The notes under the pieces are model-generated. The model was not told the DNA's origin and did not search any database. It saw only the letters and a program-made list of their open reading frames with translations. 58,902 nucleotides of DNA, from positions 1-58,902 of IMG/VR virus record IMGVR_UViG_3300032320_001902, one strand, 5' to 3'. Shown here piece by piece: positions 28,315 through 38,130 of this stretch (position 1 is its first letter; every line of letters starts with the position of its first letter). The position numbers were made by a program, and so were the translations under genes. The stretch comes from a virus (Duplodnaviria > Caudoviricetes).

Positions 28315-28463
28315 AACTATTAATTCACTCCATCATCCGCTTCCTTTACGAAGTGATACTTTCCAAGCTATTTCTTTTTTGCTGCGGCATTGCGATTTAC
28401 TTTGTATTTAGGGCATCTTACCCATCCTTAGTTAAGGTTTGGGAGTATTTTATCAATCATTAA
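28311..28463 (+). CDS. Small membrane peptide (50 aa, GTG start)
   Basis: GTGA-coupled to the previous peptide; hydrophobic. Confidence 0.4.
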   Translation: MKLLIHSIIRFLYEVILSKLFLFCCGIAIYFVFRASYPSLVKVWEYFINH

Positions 28464-28473
28464 ACCCCCAACC

Positions 28474-28959
28474 ATGCTATCTGACACATACCCCGACCGC
28501 CTATTTCTTTACAAACCCGAAGAAGCAAACAGGCTATTAAATAAGAAGCCAACCACAACAAAACGAGTTGAACGGGTTTTCAATTTAGCCAACCGAACAT
28601 TAGGTTTTAAGTTCATTAATCTGTGCATTGCCTTAGATATAGGATTCGAATATATCTTCATTGACTACTTCCATACCTTCATTGTTTCTGAGCGATTGGA
28701 ACGCATTAGGCAGCTTGAATTGCTTTGGAACGGAACTGAGGAAAATCCGTCCACGATGAAGGATAGAGGCTTGGCAGTTAGGCCGTATTTCGAAAGAGAT
28801 TGTAAGCAAGCTATTAAGGATTTAGATAAGGCTTCAAAAATGGTCAATCCTATCAAGGTTGTAATGAAATCGGCCAAATGGCAGAGGTGTAATATTTGGG
28901 AAGAGTCAAACCAGCTATTCACTCTCGATGGGAGGTTGATTTTGGGGGAAACCAACTAA
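28474..28959 (+). CDS. Hypothetical protein
   Basis: 161 aa. Confidence 0.55.
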   Translation: MLSDTYPDRLFLYKPEEANRLLNKKPTTTKRVERVFNLANRTLGFKFINLCIALDIGFEYIFIDYFHTFIVSERLERIRQLELLWNGTEENPSTMKDRGLAVRPYFERDCKQAIKDLDKASKMVNPIKVVMKSAKWQRCNIWEESNQLFTLDGRLILGETN

Positions 28960-29071
28960 CCGCTATCCTGCTGGGCGGATTTAAGAAAGGGGAAATGTTA
29001 ATAACTTTTGTAATTATTTTCTTGTATGTAATATATATGGTATATATTTGCATCATCAAAACAACAGAAAA

Positions 29072-29296
29072 ATGAAAGCAATAATCAACAGAGAACAAAA
29101 CTTCGGAATATTAAACGGAGTAATCACTAAAAATGATGAAATCAGAAAAGTGGTAAACCAACACTTAAAACAAGGAACTGCAAAGCTACTTGTTGACACA
29201 GAAGAAACTTTGATGTATGAGTTGGGCGAACAAAAGCCCAACTCTAATATGCACCCAATTTTTGAACAAGCACTAAAACCATTTGGAATAAGATGA
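29072..29296 (+). CDS. Hypothetical protein
   Basis: ATG 29072 after TATATTTG at 29043-29050. Confidence 0.55.
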   Translation: MKAIINREQNFGILNGVITKNDEIRKVVNQHLKQGTAKLLVDTEETLMYELGEQKPNSNMHPIFEQALKPFGIR

Positions 29297-29616
29297 AAAC
29301 AACTGATGAAATAATAAAAGATTGCTTTAAGAAAGCATCTTTTACTGGCGATAGAGCAGCATATTTATTCAAATTACTTTCTGATGAAATGAATTTGAAT
29401 TTTACCAAACGCAAAGCACAAATTGAAGAAGATACTTTAGCCGATATTGTTATAAACGATGGTTATTCACTTGGGTTTAATGAATACACTATTGATAGCT
29501 GTGATAATTCTTATGAATACAATGGCAACAAACAATTTGTTGTTAGACATCCATATAAAAAAGACAGAGGATTTAATACAATTAAAGGAGCAAGAAAATT
29601 TATAGAAAACCAATGA
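29293..29616 (+). CDS. Hypothetical protein
   Basis: 107 aa, ATGA-coupled. Confidence 0.55.
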   Translation: MKTTDEIIKDCFKKASFTGDRAAYLFKLLSDEMNLNFTKRKAQIEEDTLADIVINDGYSLGFNEYTIDSCDNSYEYNGNKQFVVRHPYKKDRGFNTIKGARKFIENQ

Positions 29617-29753
29617 AAAAGCTAATTGACATACCAAATGAAATAGTCAAAGACTTAAAGAAGATGGCTATTGATGAAGATAAAGATTTGAAAAACTTTA
29701 TTCAAGACCATTTAAAATTACTTGTAAAACAAAAGGAAAATAATCAAAAATAA
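29613..29753 (+). CDS. RHH-like protein (46 aa, not in ORF track)
   Basis: MKKLIDIPNEIVKDLKKMAIDEDKDLKNFIQDHLKLLVKQKENNQK. Confidence 0.65.
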   Translation: MKKLIDIPNEIVKDLKKMAIDEDKDLKNFIQDHLKLLVKQKENNQK

Positions 29754-29819
29754 ATTTCACCAACTTGTACTACAAACAAAATATTTACTATTTTTACAGC
29801 GTCAATAACAATTTAAGCG

Positions 29820-30131
29820 ATGAAATCAGAACAAATCAAGGCTGCAATTGCCGCAGCAAGTCAGGCCACATTTGGCCGAACACCACAAAGAAAGGACGAA
29901 ACCATTACCATTTCGGTAACCATTGACCTCGAAGTAAGCTACAACCATCACGATTCAGAAACCGATGATGTAACAGGAGCAAATTATCCAGCATCCTATG
30001 AAATTATAGGGTTTGAATTATCTAATCCTACACAATTTATGGAAGAACTGCAACAAGGATTCGATGATGAAATTGGTGATGCGGAAAAGGATAGTATTAA
30101 TGTTGTTATGTATGATGGGAGGGAAAAATAA
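29820..30131 (+). CDS. Acidic hypothetical protein
   Basis: 103 aa; GTCAATAACAA leader. Confidence 0.55.
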   Translation: MKSEQIKAAIAAASQATFGRTPQRKDETITISVTIDLEVSYNHHDSETDDVTGANYPASYEIIGFELSNPTQFMEELQQGFDDEIGDAEKDSINVVMYDGREK

Positions 30132-30343
30132 TGGAAAGCCTAAAAACATTAGCCACCTTTAAGGTAGAAATATTCTACGATTTAATCAACCAAGGCGATG
30201 AAGAAACCTTCTATATCAGAAGGGTTGAACCTGTTAACCTTGACGATATTAAAACAGAACTTGAATCCTGTTTAGTATGCGAAAGAGGCAATCCCGAACT
30301 TGACAGAAGCCACGTTAAGTTTAATCAAAACGTAATTGCGTAA
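30131..30343 (+). CDS. Hypothetical protein
   Basis: 70 aa, coupled to neighbours. Confidence 0.55.
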   Translation: MESLKTLATFKVEIFYDLINQGDEETFYIRRVEPVNLDDIKTELESCLVCERGNPELDRSHVKFNQNVIA

Positions 30344-30771
30344 TGAAACTATCCTTCCCCACTAAAGTAATTAATGGTCAAATATCGTCTAATAGGCAGC
30401 CAATTGCCGAAGCGATAAAATCCTTTGAAGGGAAGGAAATAGTTCTTACAATCGAAAGGAAACGCAAGAAAAGAAGCAACGAACAAAACGCCTATCTGTG
30501 GGGAGTAGTTTATCCAATCCTCAAAGATGGATTTTATCAAATAGGGTACAAATTAACAACCGAAGAGGTACACGAACTAATGAAGCAAAGTTTTGTTAAA
30601 GTTGATTTAGTGAACGAATCAACAGGGGAGGTGAAAACTATCACGGGACACACCTCAAACCTAACAACTTCGCAGTTTATGGAGTATCTTGCAGACATCA
30701 AACAATTTGCGGCGGAGGAATTAAACGTGTATATTCCCGACCCGAACGAACAAGTAAATTTTAATTTTTAA
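30343..30771 (+). CDS. NinB/Orf-like recombination protein
   Basis: 'KKRSNEQNAYLWG', 'HE.MK', 'TSNLTTSQFMEYL..I...A'. Confidence 0.7.
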   Translation: MKLSFPTKVINGQISSNRQPIAEAIKSFEGKEIVLTIERKRKKRSNEQNAYLWGVVYPILKDGFYQIGYKLTTEEVHELMKQSFVKVDLVNESTGEVKTITGHTSNLTTSQFMEYLADIKQFAAEELNVYIPDPNEQVNFNF

Positions 30772-30784
30772 AACCAAATAAACA

Positions 30785-31417
30785 ATGGCTATCAACGCAA
30801 CCAACAAAGGGGTTAAAAGAGAATTAATCCCATCAGGCAACTACCTTGCAAGGTGTTACCAAATGATTGAACTTGGAACAATCAAAGAAAGTTTCCAAGG
30901 TGAGGACAAGATGCTTCACAAAGTAAGAATAGGCTGGGAACTGCCAACCGAAAAAAAAGTGTTTAGCGAGGAGAGAGGTGAACAACCTTGTGTGATTTCC
31001 AAGGAGTACACCTTGTCAATGAACGAGAAAGCAACCCTTCGTAAGATGCTTGCTTCTTGGAGAGGCAAAGATTTCACCGAGGCGGAAGCAAAATCCTTCG
31101 ACATCACAAAACTTCTTGGTGTTGCTTGTATGCTTAACATCATTGAAAAACCAAGCGCAAAGGACGCTTCTGTTGTTTACAATGAAATCGCTTCTGTTTC
31201 ACCAATGATTAAAGGAATGGAATGTCCATCACAAGTCAATCCAAGCTTTGTTTTTGAACTTGACAACTTCGACAAAATCAAGTTTGAATCATTGCCCGAT
31301 TTCATCAAGGACAAAATCAAAACTTCGGAGCAGTACGCAAAACTAAAAAGCCCTACCGAAACACACATCTCAAGCAACCACGCTTCATCAGTTGAAGAAG
31401 ACGAAATTCCTTTCTAA
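30785..31417 (+). CDS. Putative ssDNA-binding protein
   Basis: 'IPSGNYLARCYQMIELGT', 'KLLGVACMLNI', acidic C-terminal tail 'EEDEIPF'. Confidence 0.6.
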   Translation: MAINATNKGVKRELIPSGNYLARCYQMIELGTIKESFQGEDKMLHKVRIGWELPTEKKVFSEERGEQPCVISKEYTLSMNEKATLRKMLASWRGKDFTEAEAKSFDITKLLGVACMLNIIEKPSAKDASVVYNEIASVSPMIKGMECPSQVNPSFVFELDNFDKIKFESLPDFIKDKIKTSEQYAKLKSPTETHISSNHASSVEEDEIPF

Positions 31418-32337
31418 TGATGGAAAAATCAAACATTAAAGCACACGGCATTGGAGGTTCTGACATTGCCGCAATCAGGGGGTTTAACGATTACGTTACC
31501 CCCTTCCAAATCTGGCAACAGAAAACAGGCAAAGCCACAAAAGGTGAAATTTCCGAAAAGCAACTTATTGGAATCAAAATCGAACCCTTCATCCTTCAGA
31601 TGGGAGTTGAAAAAATCAACCACGAAGGAGGATTAATTCGCCTAACCCACGAAAGATTGAATAAGGAAATGTTCACCAAGGAAATCGGTATTGTTGCCGT
31701 TCCTGATGCCTTTGCAAGGTTGGACTATGATGAAATTATTATTTCCTTGAAAAACACCCAACAGCGGATTGAATCAATTGAAGATGTTCCCGTATATTGG
31801 ATTGAACAAATCAATTGGGAGTTGGGAATTTGCGGCCTAAAAACAGGCATCATTTTCTACCTTAAAAATGGCAGTTCAATTGGTTCAATGCAATGGACAT
31901 TCCAGGAGGATTTATTTGAGGAACAACTTGAATCTGCAAGGAATTTTTGGCACAACCACGTCTTAGCCGATGTTGCGCCTGAACCTGTCAACGCAGAGGA
32001 CGTTCTTGAAATGTTCCCGAAAAGCAACGCCAAGTCAATTGTTGCCGATGATGGAATCGTTGAATTGCACAAGGCCCTTGGTAATGTTCGCAAGGAGTTG
32101 ACAAGGCTTGAAAAGGAGGAAGAAATTATCATTGAAAGTATCAAGATGAAGATGCTTGACAATGAGGTTCTTATAAGCCCCGAAGGAAAGCCACTTTTCA
32201 CTTGGAAGGGAGGGGAGGAAACGACAAAGTTGGATAGCAAGAAACTGAAAGAAACCTATCCTGAAATCGTGGAGGAATGTTCAACCGCTTCAACAACACC
32301 AAGGAAGTTTTTGTTTAAACCACTTAAAGACAAGTAA
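31417..32337 (+). CDS. YqaJ-like viral recombinase exonuclease
   Basis: 'GIGGSDIAAIRG...TPFQIWQQKTG', 'PDA', 'FWHNHV...PEP'. Confidence 0.8.
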   Translation: MMEKSNIKAHGIGGSDIAAIRGFNDYVTPFQIWQQKTGKATKGEISEKQLIGIKIEPFILQMGVEKINHEGGLIRLTHERLNKEMFTKEIGIVAVPDAFARLDYDEIIISLKNTQQRIESIEDVPVYWIEQINWELGICGLKTGIIFYLKNGSSIGSMQWTFQEDLFEEQLESARNFWHNHVLADVAPEPVNAEDVLEMFPKSNAKSIVADDGIVELHKALGNVRKELTRLEKEEEIIIESIKMKMLDNEVLISPEGKPLFTWKGGEETTKLDSKKLKETYPEIVEECSTASTTPRKFLFKPLKDK

Positions 32338-32341
32338 TTAA

Positions 32342-32692
32342 ATGCAAAACTATCAAACCATATTGGAATACTCCCTTGACCAAATCAATTCCTATCAAAA
32401 GCAAATCGACATACATAGCGCTAAAGCCAGGGAGGCGTTTAAGAAAATTGTAACCTATCAGGCAAATAAGTATGCCAAAGACAAGGGATTGCTTTACGGA
32501 AAACTACACGAAGTCAAATCAATGCCTGAAAGAAAGCTGCGGTTTGTCAGGATGGAAGTAGAACAGTTTTCGGCCAATTGCTTTGACTTGGATAAGGCGA
32601 TTGTTTATGCCGTTTTTGATGAACTTACCGAGGCTGGAAGGAAGCGGCCAAATGGCGAGGTCAGGTTGAATGTTGGCGTTTATACTTTGTAA
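32342..32692 (+). CDS. Hypothetical protein
   Basis: 116 aa. Confidence 0.55.
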   Translation: MQNYQTILEYSLDQINSYQKQIDIHSAKAREAFKKIVTYQANKYAKDKGLLYGKLHEVKSMPERKLRFVRMEVEQFSANCFDLDKAIVYAVFDELTEAGRKRPNGEVRLNVGVYTL

Positions 32693-32717
32693 AAGAAACA
32701 CTTAATTTAATTTAGAA

Positions 32718-32927
32718 ATGAAAATAACCTTAGAGTTCGACACAATCGAAGAAGCACAATTAGCAATTAATGGCAGTAAGTATGCTGCGGCTATATTTGA
32801 ATATGACCAATATCTTAGAAGTAAGTTAAAGTATGAGACTCTGCCTGAAGATATGTATATTGCCTATCAAGATAGCAGAGAAAAATTAAGAGAAAATCTA
32901 TCCGAATATAATTTATTGATTGAATAG
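32718..32927 (+). CDS. Hypothetical protein
   Basis: 69 aa; 'DQYLRSKLKY' motif. Confidence 0.6.
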   Translation: MKITLEFDTIEEAQLAINGSKYAAAIFEYDQYLRSKLKYETLPEDMYIAYQDSREKLRENLSEYNLLIE

Positions 32928-32997
32928 TTTTTTTAACTTTTAAAGAAAGTTTTTGAAGGATTGAATTGAAATAGTGCAACAACCAAAACTTAAAATT

Positions 32998-33420
32998 ATG
33001 GAATTAATAAACTTTTTAATTGAAGCGCAAAAGGAAAGATTTAAAGCCGCAGCGGCCGTAGAAGCTATAACTAAAAAAATAATAGAAAAAGTAGAAAGAG
33101 AAGTGTTTGAAAAATACAAAAACAAAACCCTATTTGATAATGGGATGGAGTTTGAGCTAATTGGCGTAACTGTTTATTTTAGTATTTGGGAAGATTATTT
33201 ACACGTTCCTGATGTAGATTTACATTTAGTATTCTTTTGTAAATCAAAGCTACCTAAAATAAAAAGGGAAAAATTAGAATCCGTAAAAAAAAGATACAAA
33301 GAAACAAGATACCTCGAATGGAGTAATCATAAAAACCCCCTTTGGATGTCACTATCTTATGATGTTGAATTAGAAAAACTTCTTTCAGGTAAATTAAACC
33401 TTGACTTTAATAAAAACTAA
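32998..33420 (+). CDS. Hypothetical protein
   Basis: ATG 32998 is in frame with the track ORF. Confidence 0.55.
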   Translation: MELINFLIEAQKERFKAAAAVEAITKKIIEKVEREVFEKYKNKTLFDNGMEFELIGVTVYFSIWEDYLHVPDVDLHLVFFCKSKLPKIKREKLESVKKRYKETRYLEWSNHKNPLWMSLSYDVELEKLLSGKLNLDFNKN

Positions 33421-33602
33421 TGATTGACCACACCGCCATCTGCCCCGACAAAATCAAAGCCAACGATAAAGCTTTTCAACTCTTCAAGCAAGTGGTTGAT
33501 TCAAGGCTTTTACGGATTGAAGGAAAGCTTTCGTCCGCCCAGGCTGAAAAGGCTGTTGAAAAAGAAAATAGCCTGATGAAAGAAATTTCATTGATGGTTT
33601 AA
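33420..33602 (+). CDS. Hypothetical protein
   Basis: 60 aa, coupled. Confidence 0.5.
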   Translation: MIDHTAICPDKIKANDKAFQLFKQVVDSRLLRIEGKLSSAQAEKAVEKENSLMKEISLMV

Positions 33603-33610
33603 AAAATTAG

Positions 33611-33782
33611 TATCTTTGCTATCGTTAAATGTCAAGGATTGGACACCCTTGAAACAAAAGCATTAACACCAATGGAAAATTACATTATCACCACAAACAA
33701 ATTCTACTCGGAAGTACGGCTTAATGTAAGCCATCCAGTCGTTGTGTCCAGAACGATGTGCTTCCGAGTAGGCTTTTGTTTG
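33611..33782 (+). promoter_or_regulatory. Promoter plus structured attenuator-like leader of the replication operon
   Basis: TATCTTTG at 33611-33618; hairpin with loop TGGACAC; 14-bp stem 33704-33717/33758-33771 plus U-tract enclosing a hairpin with loop GTGTCCA. Confidence 0.65.
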
Positions 33783-33784
33783 AT

Positions 33785-34312
33785 ATGAAAAGAATTGCAA
33801 TAGGAAAAAAAACAAGGTTTGAAGTATTTAAAAGGGATAGCTTTACTTGTTGTTATTGTGGAGCAAAAACTCCAAATGTTGTTTTAGAAATAGACCACAT
33901 TATTCCTGTTTCAAAGGGAGGCAGCAATAGCTTAGATAATTTAGTTACATCATGCTTTGACTGCAATAGAGGAAAATCGAACAACGACCTAAGTTCAGTA
34001 CCATTAACCATTATTCAAAAAACCGAAATTGCAGCCGAAAAAGAGGCGCAATATTTAGAGTTTAAAAAGGTTCAATCTAAAATTGAAAAAAGGATTGACA
34101 AAGAAATTCAAAAGCTATGCGAAGTTTATGAGGATTATTTTCCTGATTACTATTTAACAAACAACTTTAAGCAATCTATAAGAAAGTTTATTGAAAAATT
34201 GGGATACTACTTTGTTTTACAAGCATTACATAAATCATGCTCTAGGCTTAACGCTAATCAAAGTTTAAAATATTTCTGCGGAATTTGCTGGACTAAAATT
34301 AAGGAATCATGA
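33785..34312 (+). CDS. HNH endonuclease domain protein
   Basis: 'RFEVFKRDSFTCCYCG...LEIDHIIPVSKGG.N...NLVTSCFDCNRGKS'. Confidence 0.88.
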   Translation: MKRIAIGKKTRFEVFKRDSFTCCYCGAKTPNVVLEIDHIIPVSKGGSNSLDNLVTSCFDCNRGKSNNDLSSVPLTIIQKTEIAAEKEAQYLEFKKVQSKIEKRIDKEIQKLCEVYEDYFPDYYLTNNFKQSIRKFIEKLGYYFVLQALHKSCSRLNANQSLKYFCGICWTKIKES

Positions 34313-35085
34313 ACGGATACGAATTAACTCGAAACTGGTTTAACTTCTCATTTGAAAATCACGAAGCTAAGGTTCAGCATACAGCCCTTTTTTGTTGGAT
34401 AGTTGAACTTAATAACAGGCTTGGATGGAAAAAGGAATTTGGACTACCAACTATTGATACAATGGAGGGTTTGTCGATTGGAAATAAAAACACCTTTTTA
34501 GCGGCATTATCAGACCTCGAAAAGTGGGGTTTTATCAAAATTGTTAAGCCTTCAAAGAACCAATATCAAGCCTGTATTATATCAATATGCTGTAGCGAAA
34601 GTGCAACGGCACAAGGTACGGCATTGGATACGGCATTGCAACAGCAGAGTAACGGCATTGGGTACGGCACTGCACACGGCAGTGTCCCTATAGATAAACA
34701 AATAAACAAAGAAACTATAAAGAAGAAAAAAAATATTGAAAAAAAAGAACTAAGGTCTGTAGAGGAAAGGCAGAAAGATTTTTACAACGAACTCAAGTCT
34801 TATGTTGAAACTTATGGTGCACCTATGGTAAGGGCTTTTTATGATTATTGGAGTGAACTGACAAATGATGGAAAGTTAATGAATAAAGAAACAAGAAAAA
34901 CTTGGGAAACTAAAAAAAGGCTTGCTACTTGGCAGAGAAACGATAACCAAAAATTTGGCAACAACCAAAAGCCGCTTAAAGACCCCAAAAAGCCCGACCG
35001 AATAGTTTACGACGTTTTCGAACTTGACAAATATTATTACCCTGACGGAACTCAAATCCCAATAGACCAAGTTAAACATGATTGA
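34309..35085 (+). CDS. Phage replication initiator (lambda O-like architecture)
   Basis: N-terminal wHTH, low-complexity linker containing DNA repeats, C-terminal 'FYDYWSE...TWETKKRLATW'; directly upstream of the helicase. Confidence 0.7.
   Translation: MNGYELTRNWFNFSFENHEAKVQHTALFCWIVELNNRLGWKKEFGLPTIDTMEGLSIGNKNTFLAALSDLEKWGFIKIVKPSKNQYQACIISICCSESATAQGTALDTALQQQSNGIGYGTAHGSVPIDKQINKETIKKKKNIEKKELRSVEERQKDFYNELKSYVETYGAPMVRAFYDYWSELTNDGKLMNKETRKTWETKKRLATWQRNDNQKFGNNQKPLKDPKKPDRIVYDVFELDKYYYPDGTQIPIDQVKHD
34606..34750 (+). repeat. Iteron-like ACGGCA array plus A-rich tract (putative origin)
   Basis: ACGGCA at 34606, 34618, 34630, 34652, 34664 and 34676; ACAGCA at 34641. Confidence 0.6.
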
Positions 35086-37072
35086 AGCAGCATTAAAATA
35101 TTGGGAACAAGGCTTTAACGTCGTTCCCTGCAATAGCAAAAAAATTCCAACCTCAAAATCTTGGAAGGATTGGCAAGAAAAGCCTACCCCTCCCGACGTT
35201 ATGAAGTTCCAAGAAAAGAACTGCGAAGGAATAGCCGTGGTTTGCGGAAAAGGAAACGGAGGGCTTGAATGTATCGACATTGATTGCAAGTACGACCTAA
35301 CAGGAACTTTGTTTGAAAGGTACAAAGAACTTATACACAAAAACGACCCAAGCTTACTCAAACAACTTGTGGTTCAAAAAACAGGCAGCGGTGGGTATCA
35401 CTTCTTTTACCTCTGCGACAACTACCAAGGCAATAAAAAGCTTGCCAACAGGTACACCACCGAGGAAGAAAAAAAAGGACAAGACGATAAAGTAAGAGTT
35501 CTGATTGAAACAAGAGGCCAAGGAGGTTACGTTTGTTGCGTTCCAATGAAGGGGTACTCTTGGGTTTATGGCGACTTAACCAAGCTAAAAAAGATTACCA
35601 ACGAGCAAAGGGATATTCTGATATTAACCGCAAGGCTTTTCAACGAGGTTGCCGACAACGTAACCAAGCCGACCAAAGAAGAACAAGTTTACGAAAAGTT
35701 AGACAGCAACCCCTTTGACGATTTTGCCAAACGAGGGGACATTATTCCCTATTTTGAGGAAGCTGGTTGGGCTGTGGTTTTTCAGCAAGCAGACAAGATT
35801 GCACTCAAGCGACCAAATAGTGAACATCCTTATAGTGGATACGTTTTTAAAAATACGCAGATTTTCTTTTGCCATTCGACGTCAACTGCCTTCGACAATG
35901 AAATAGGTTACACGGCTGGCAAAACGCTCGCAAAACTAAAATTTAACGATAATTTGGGGGATACTGCAAGGTATCTTCTATCCCAAGGTTTTGGAGAAGA
36001 GAAAAAAATCGAAAAAAAGGATGAAATTGAATCTACTTTTTCCAGCAAAAGGATAAACTCCGATGATGAAGATTTAAGTTTTCTTGCAAGCGAAGAAGAG
36101 GTAAACGATTATGTTATCAAAAAAAGGACTAACACCTTCAAGGTTGGGCTTTCAACAGGCTTTCCAAAGTTTGACGAATATTGGAGGTATAAAGATGCTC
36201 AATTTGAAATGGTTTTAGGTCACGACAATAGCGGTAAAACTATCGTTACCCTCTACATGGCAACCTTGGATGCAATGATGCACGGAACGAAATATGCGAT
36301 TTATGCTGGCGAAAATAATGTTGGAGGGGTAAAGCTTAGAATTATTGAATACTATCGTTGCCGCAAAGTTGAATCAATGACAGAGCAGGAACTCAAAGAA
36401 ACAAACGAATGGTTTTCAAAGCACTTTTGGCTAATAAGAAACGACGAGGTTTGGTCTTACATGGACATGCTTGTGATGGGCAAAAAACTTGGAGAAAAGT
36501 TTGGCATAAACAAAATTATCATAGAACCTTACAACGTGCTTGAAAAGGAAACAACCAATGAGCATCAGTACGACTACAAGGCAATGAGAGATATGCGAAT
36601 TTTTATCAAAAAAACAGGCATTGGAATAATGTTAAACATTCACGCAGCAACCGAAGCTTTGAGGAAAACCTACCCAAAAGAACACGAATACTTTGGTTAC
36701 ACAATTCCTCCAAACAAAGCCGATGCCGAAGGCGGAAGCAAGTTTCCAAACAAAGCCGACAATCTTCTTGTAGTTCACCGAATGGCCGACCACCCTACTG
36801 AATGGGTTTGGACAGAATTACACGTCCAAAAGGTGAAAGAAATGGAAACGGGGGGTAAAAGAACTTTTAAGAACGAACCCTTTAAAATAAGAATGATACA
36901 CGGAGGAGCTGGCTTTGAAGATACTAATGGGCTTAACCCCGTTTTAGACTATTGGGATAAAAAAGAAAAGCCTGTTCAACAATCCATAAAACCCAACAAT
37001 GATTTCGACGTAAAGTCGATTTCGACCCCACGAGCCAAGCAATCAGAAAGATTTCCCGACCCCGACTTTTAA
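35078..37072 (+). CDS. Bifunctional primase-polymerase fused to an SF4 (DnaB-like) helicase
   Basis: Prim-Pol motifs 'LECIDID', 'TGSGGYHFFY', 'ETRGQGGYV'; Walker A 'GHDNSGKT'; 'NKADN'. Confidence 0.85.
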   Translation: MIEAALKYWEQGFNVVPCNSKKIPTSKSWKDWQEKPTPPDVMKFQEKNCEGIAVVCGKGNGGLECIDIDCKYDLTGTLFERYKELIHKNDPSLLKQLVVQKTGSGGYHFFYLCDNYQGNKKLANRYTTEEEKKGQDDKVRVLIETRGQGGYVCCVPMKGYSWVYGDLTKLKKITNEQRDILILTARLFNEVADNVTKPTKEEQVYEKLDSNPFDDFAKRGDIIPYFEEAGWAVVFQQADKIALKRPNSEHPYSGYVFKNTQIFFCHSTSTAFDNEIGYTAGKTLAKLKFNDNLGDTARYLLSQGFGEEKKIEKKDEIESTFSSKRINSDDEDLSFLASEEEVNDYVIKKRTNTFKVGLSTGFPKFDEYWRYKDAQFEMVLGHDNSGKTIVTLYMATLDAMMHGTKYAIYAGENNVGGVKLRIIEYYRCRKVESMTEQELKETNEWFSKHFWLIRNDEVWSYMDMLVMGKKLGEKFGINKIIIEPYNVLEKETTNEHQYDYKAMRDMRIFIKKTGIGIMLNIHAATEALRKTYPKEHEYFGYTIPPNKADAEGGSKFPNKADNLLVVHRMADHPTEWVWTELHVQKVKEMETGGKRTFKNEPFKIRMIHGGAGFEDTNGLNPVLDYWDKKEKPVQQSIKPNNDFDVKSISTPRAKQSERFPDPDF

Positions 37073-37092
37073 TAATTTAAACAACAAATAAA

Positions 37093-37791
37093 ATGAGCAA
37101 CTTAAATAATTTAATCCAGCAAGAAAACGTAACAATCAAGGACGCACAAATCCCAATTATCCAAGCCTACTTTGATAACTTGGAAAAAAATTTAATTGAC
37201 AAAATAAACCAAAACTCCGATAAGTTGATTTTTGGCTGCGTTGCTTGGTTAACCTCCGAGCCTGTTCTGAAGGCTTTGTCAAAGTGCGATAATGTCCAAA
37301 TTCTTATTCAGAAAGAAGACTTTCTTCGCCCTGACATAAATAGCAGAAATAGTTGGTCTATAAAATTAAGGAAGCTTTATGCCGATTTAAAGTTTAACCA
37401 TTTTAGGTTTGAGTTAAAAGACCCAATCCGAGAACTTTCTATTTGCGACGAACCAGTTATTTATCCCGTAATGTGCGTCGGAAACCATAACAAAGAAAAG
37501 CACCCCGCCTTCCCAAGAAGCCACCACAAGTTTTTGGTTTTTTGCGAAAAACGTGGCAAATTGGACGAATATAAAATTGACTATGCCCCTATTGCCGTAT
37601 GGACAGGTTCTTTCAACTTTACAAAGAACGCAACCCATAGTTTTGAAAACGCACTTTACATTGAAGACAAAAGCGGCAACAATCCTATACTCCAAGCTTA
37701 CCTTAACGAGCATCATCAAATATTTACCTTGTCTGAAATGCTTGATTGGGAAACTACTTGGATTGAGCCAAGATATAGAATTGGGACTTAA
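37093..37791 (+). CDS. Phospholipase D-like nuclease
   Basis: 'HHKFLVF...VWTGSFNFT..A..S.EN'. Confidence 0.75.
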   Translation: MSNLNNLIQQENVTIKDAQIPIIQAYFDNLEKNLIDKINQNSDKLIFGCVAWLTSEPVLKALSKCDNVQILIQKEDFLRPDINSRNSWSIKLRKLYADLKFNHFRFELKDPIRELSICDEPVIYPVMCVGNHNKEKHPAFPRSHHKFLVFCEKRGKLDEYKIDYAPIAVWTGSFNFTKNATHSFENALYIEDKSGNNPILQAYLNEHHQIFTLSEMLDWETTWIEPRYRIGT

Positions 37792-37851
37792 CCCTGACTT
37801 TTAACAGCCTTTCCGAAATCCAACCAAACGCAAACTTTTAATTAAAACAAA

Positions 37852-38070
37852 ATGACCGTCTACAAACTACCAAACTGCCTAGAAATTACCGATGTGATTG
37901 ATGGCAAGACAAGATTATTCAAACGAACTTTCAACCCTCCACTAATGAAGTATTGCGGAGGAATTAATGAGAGATGGAGAAGTAGCGGGAAAGTTGTAAA
38001 TTTGAAACGAAAGGACGAGATTATTTATGGGCATGAGATTGCGAATTTGTTTAGTAAAAAAAATAATTAA
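37852..38070 (+). CDS. Hypothetical protein
   Basis: 72 aa. Confidence 0.5.
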   Translation: MTVYKLPNCLEITDVIDGKTRLFKRTFNPPLMKYCGGINERWRSSGKVVNLKRKDEIIYGHEIANLFSKKNN

Positions 38071-38130
38071 ACATTTTTGTACTACATTCAAAAATTGTAC
38101 TACATTTGTGCGTCAATAACAATTAAAAAT

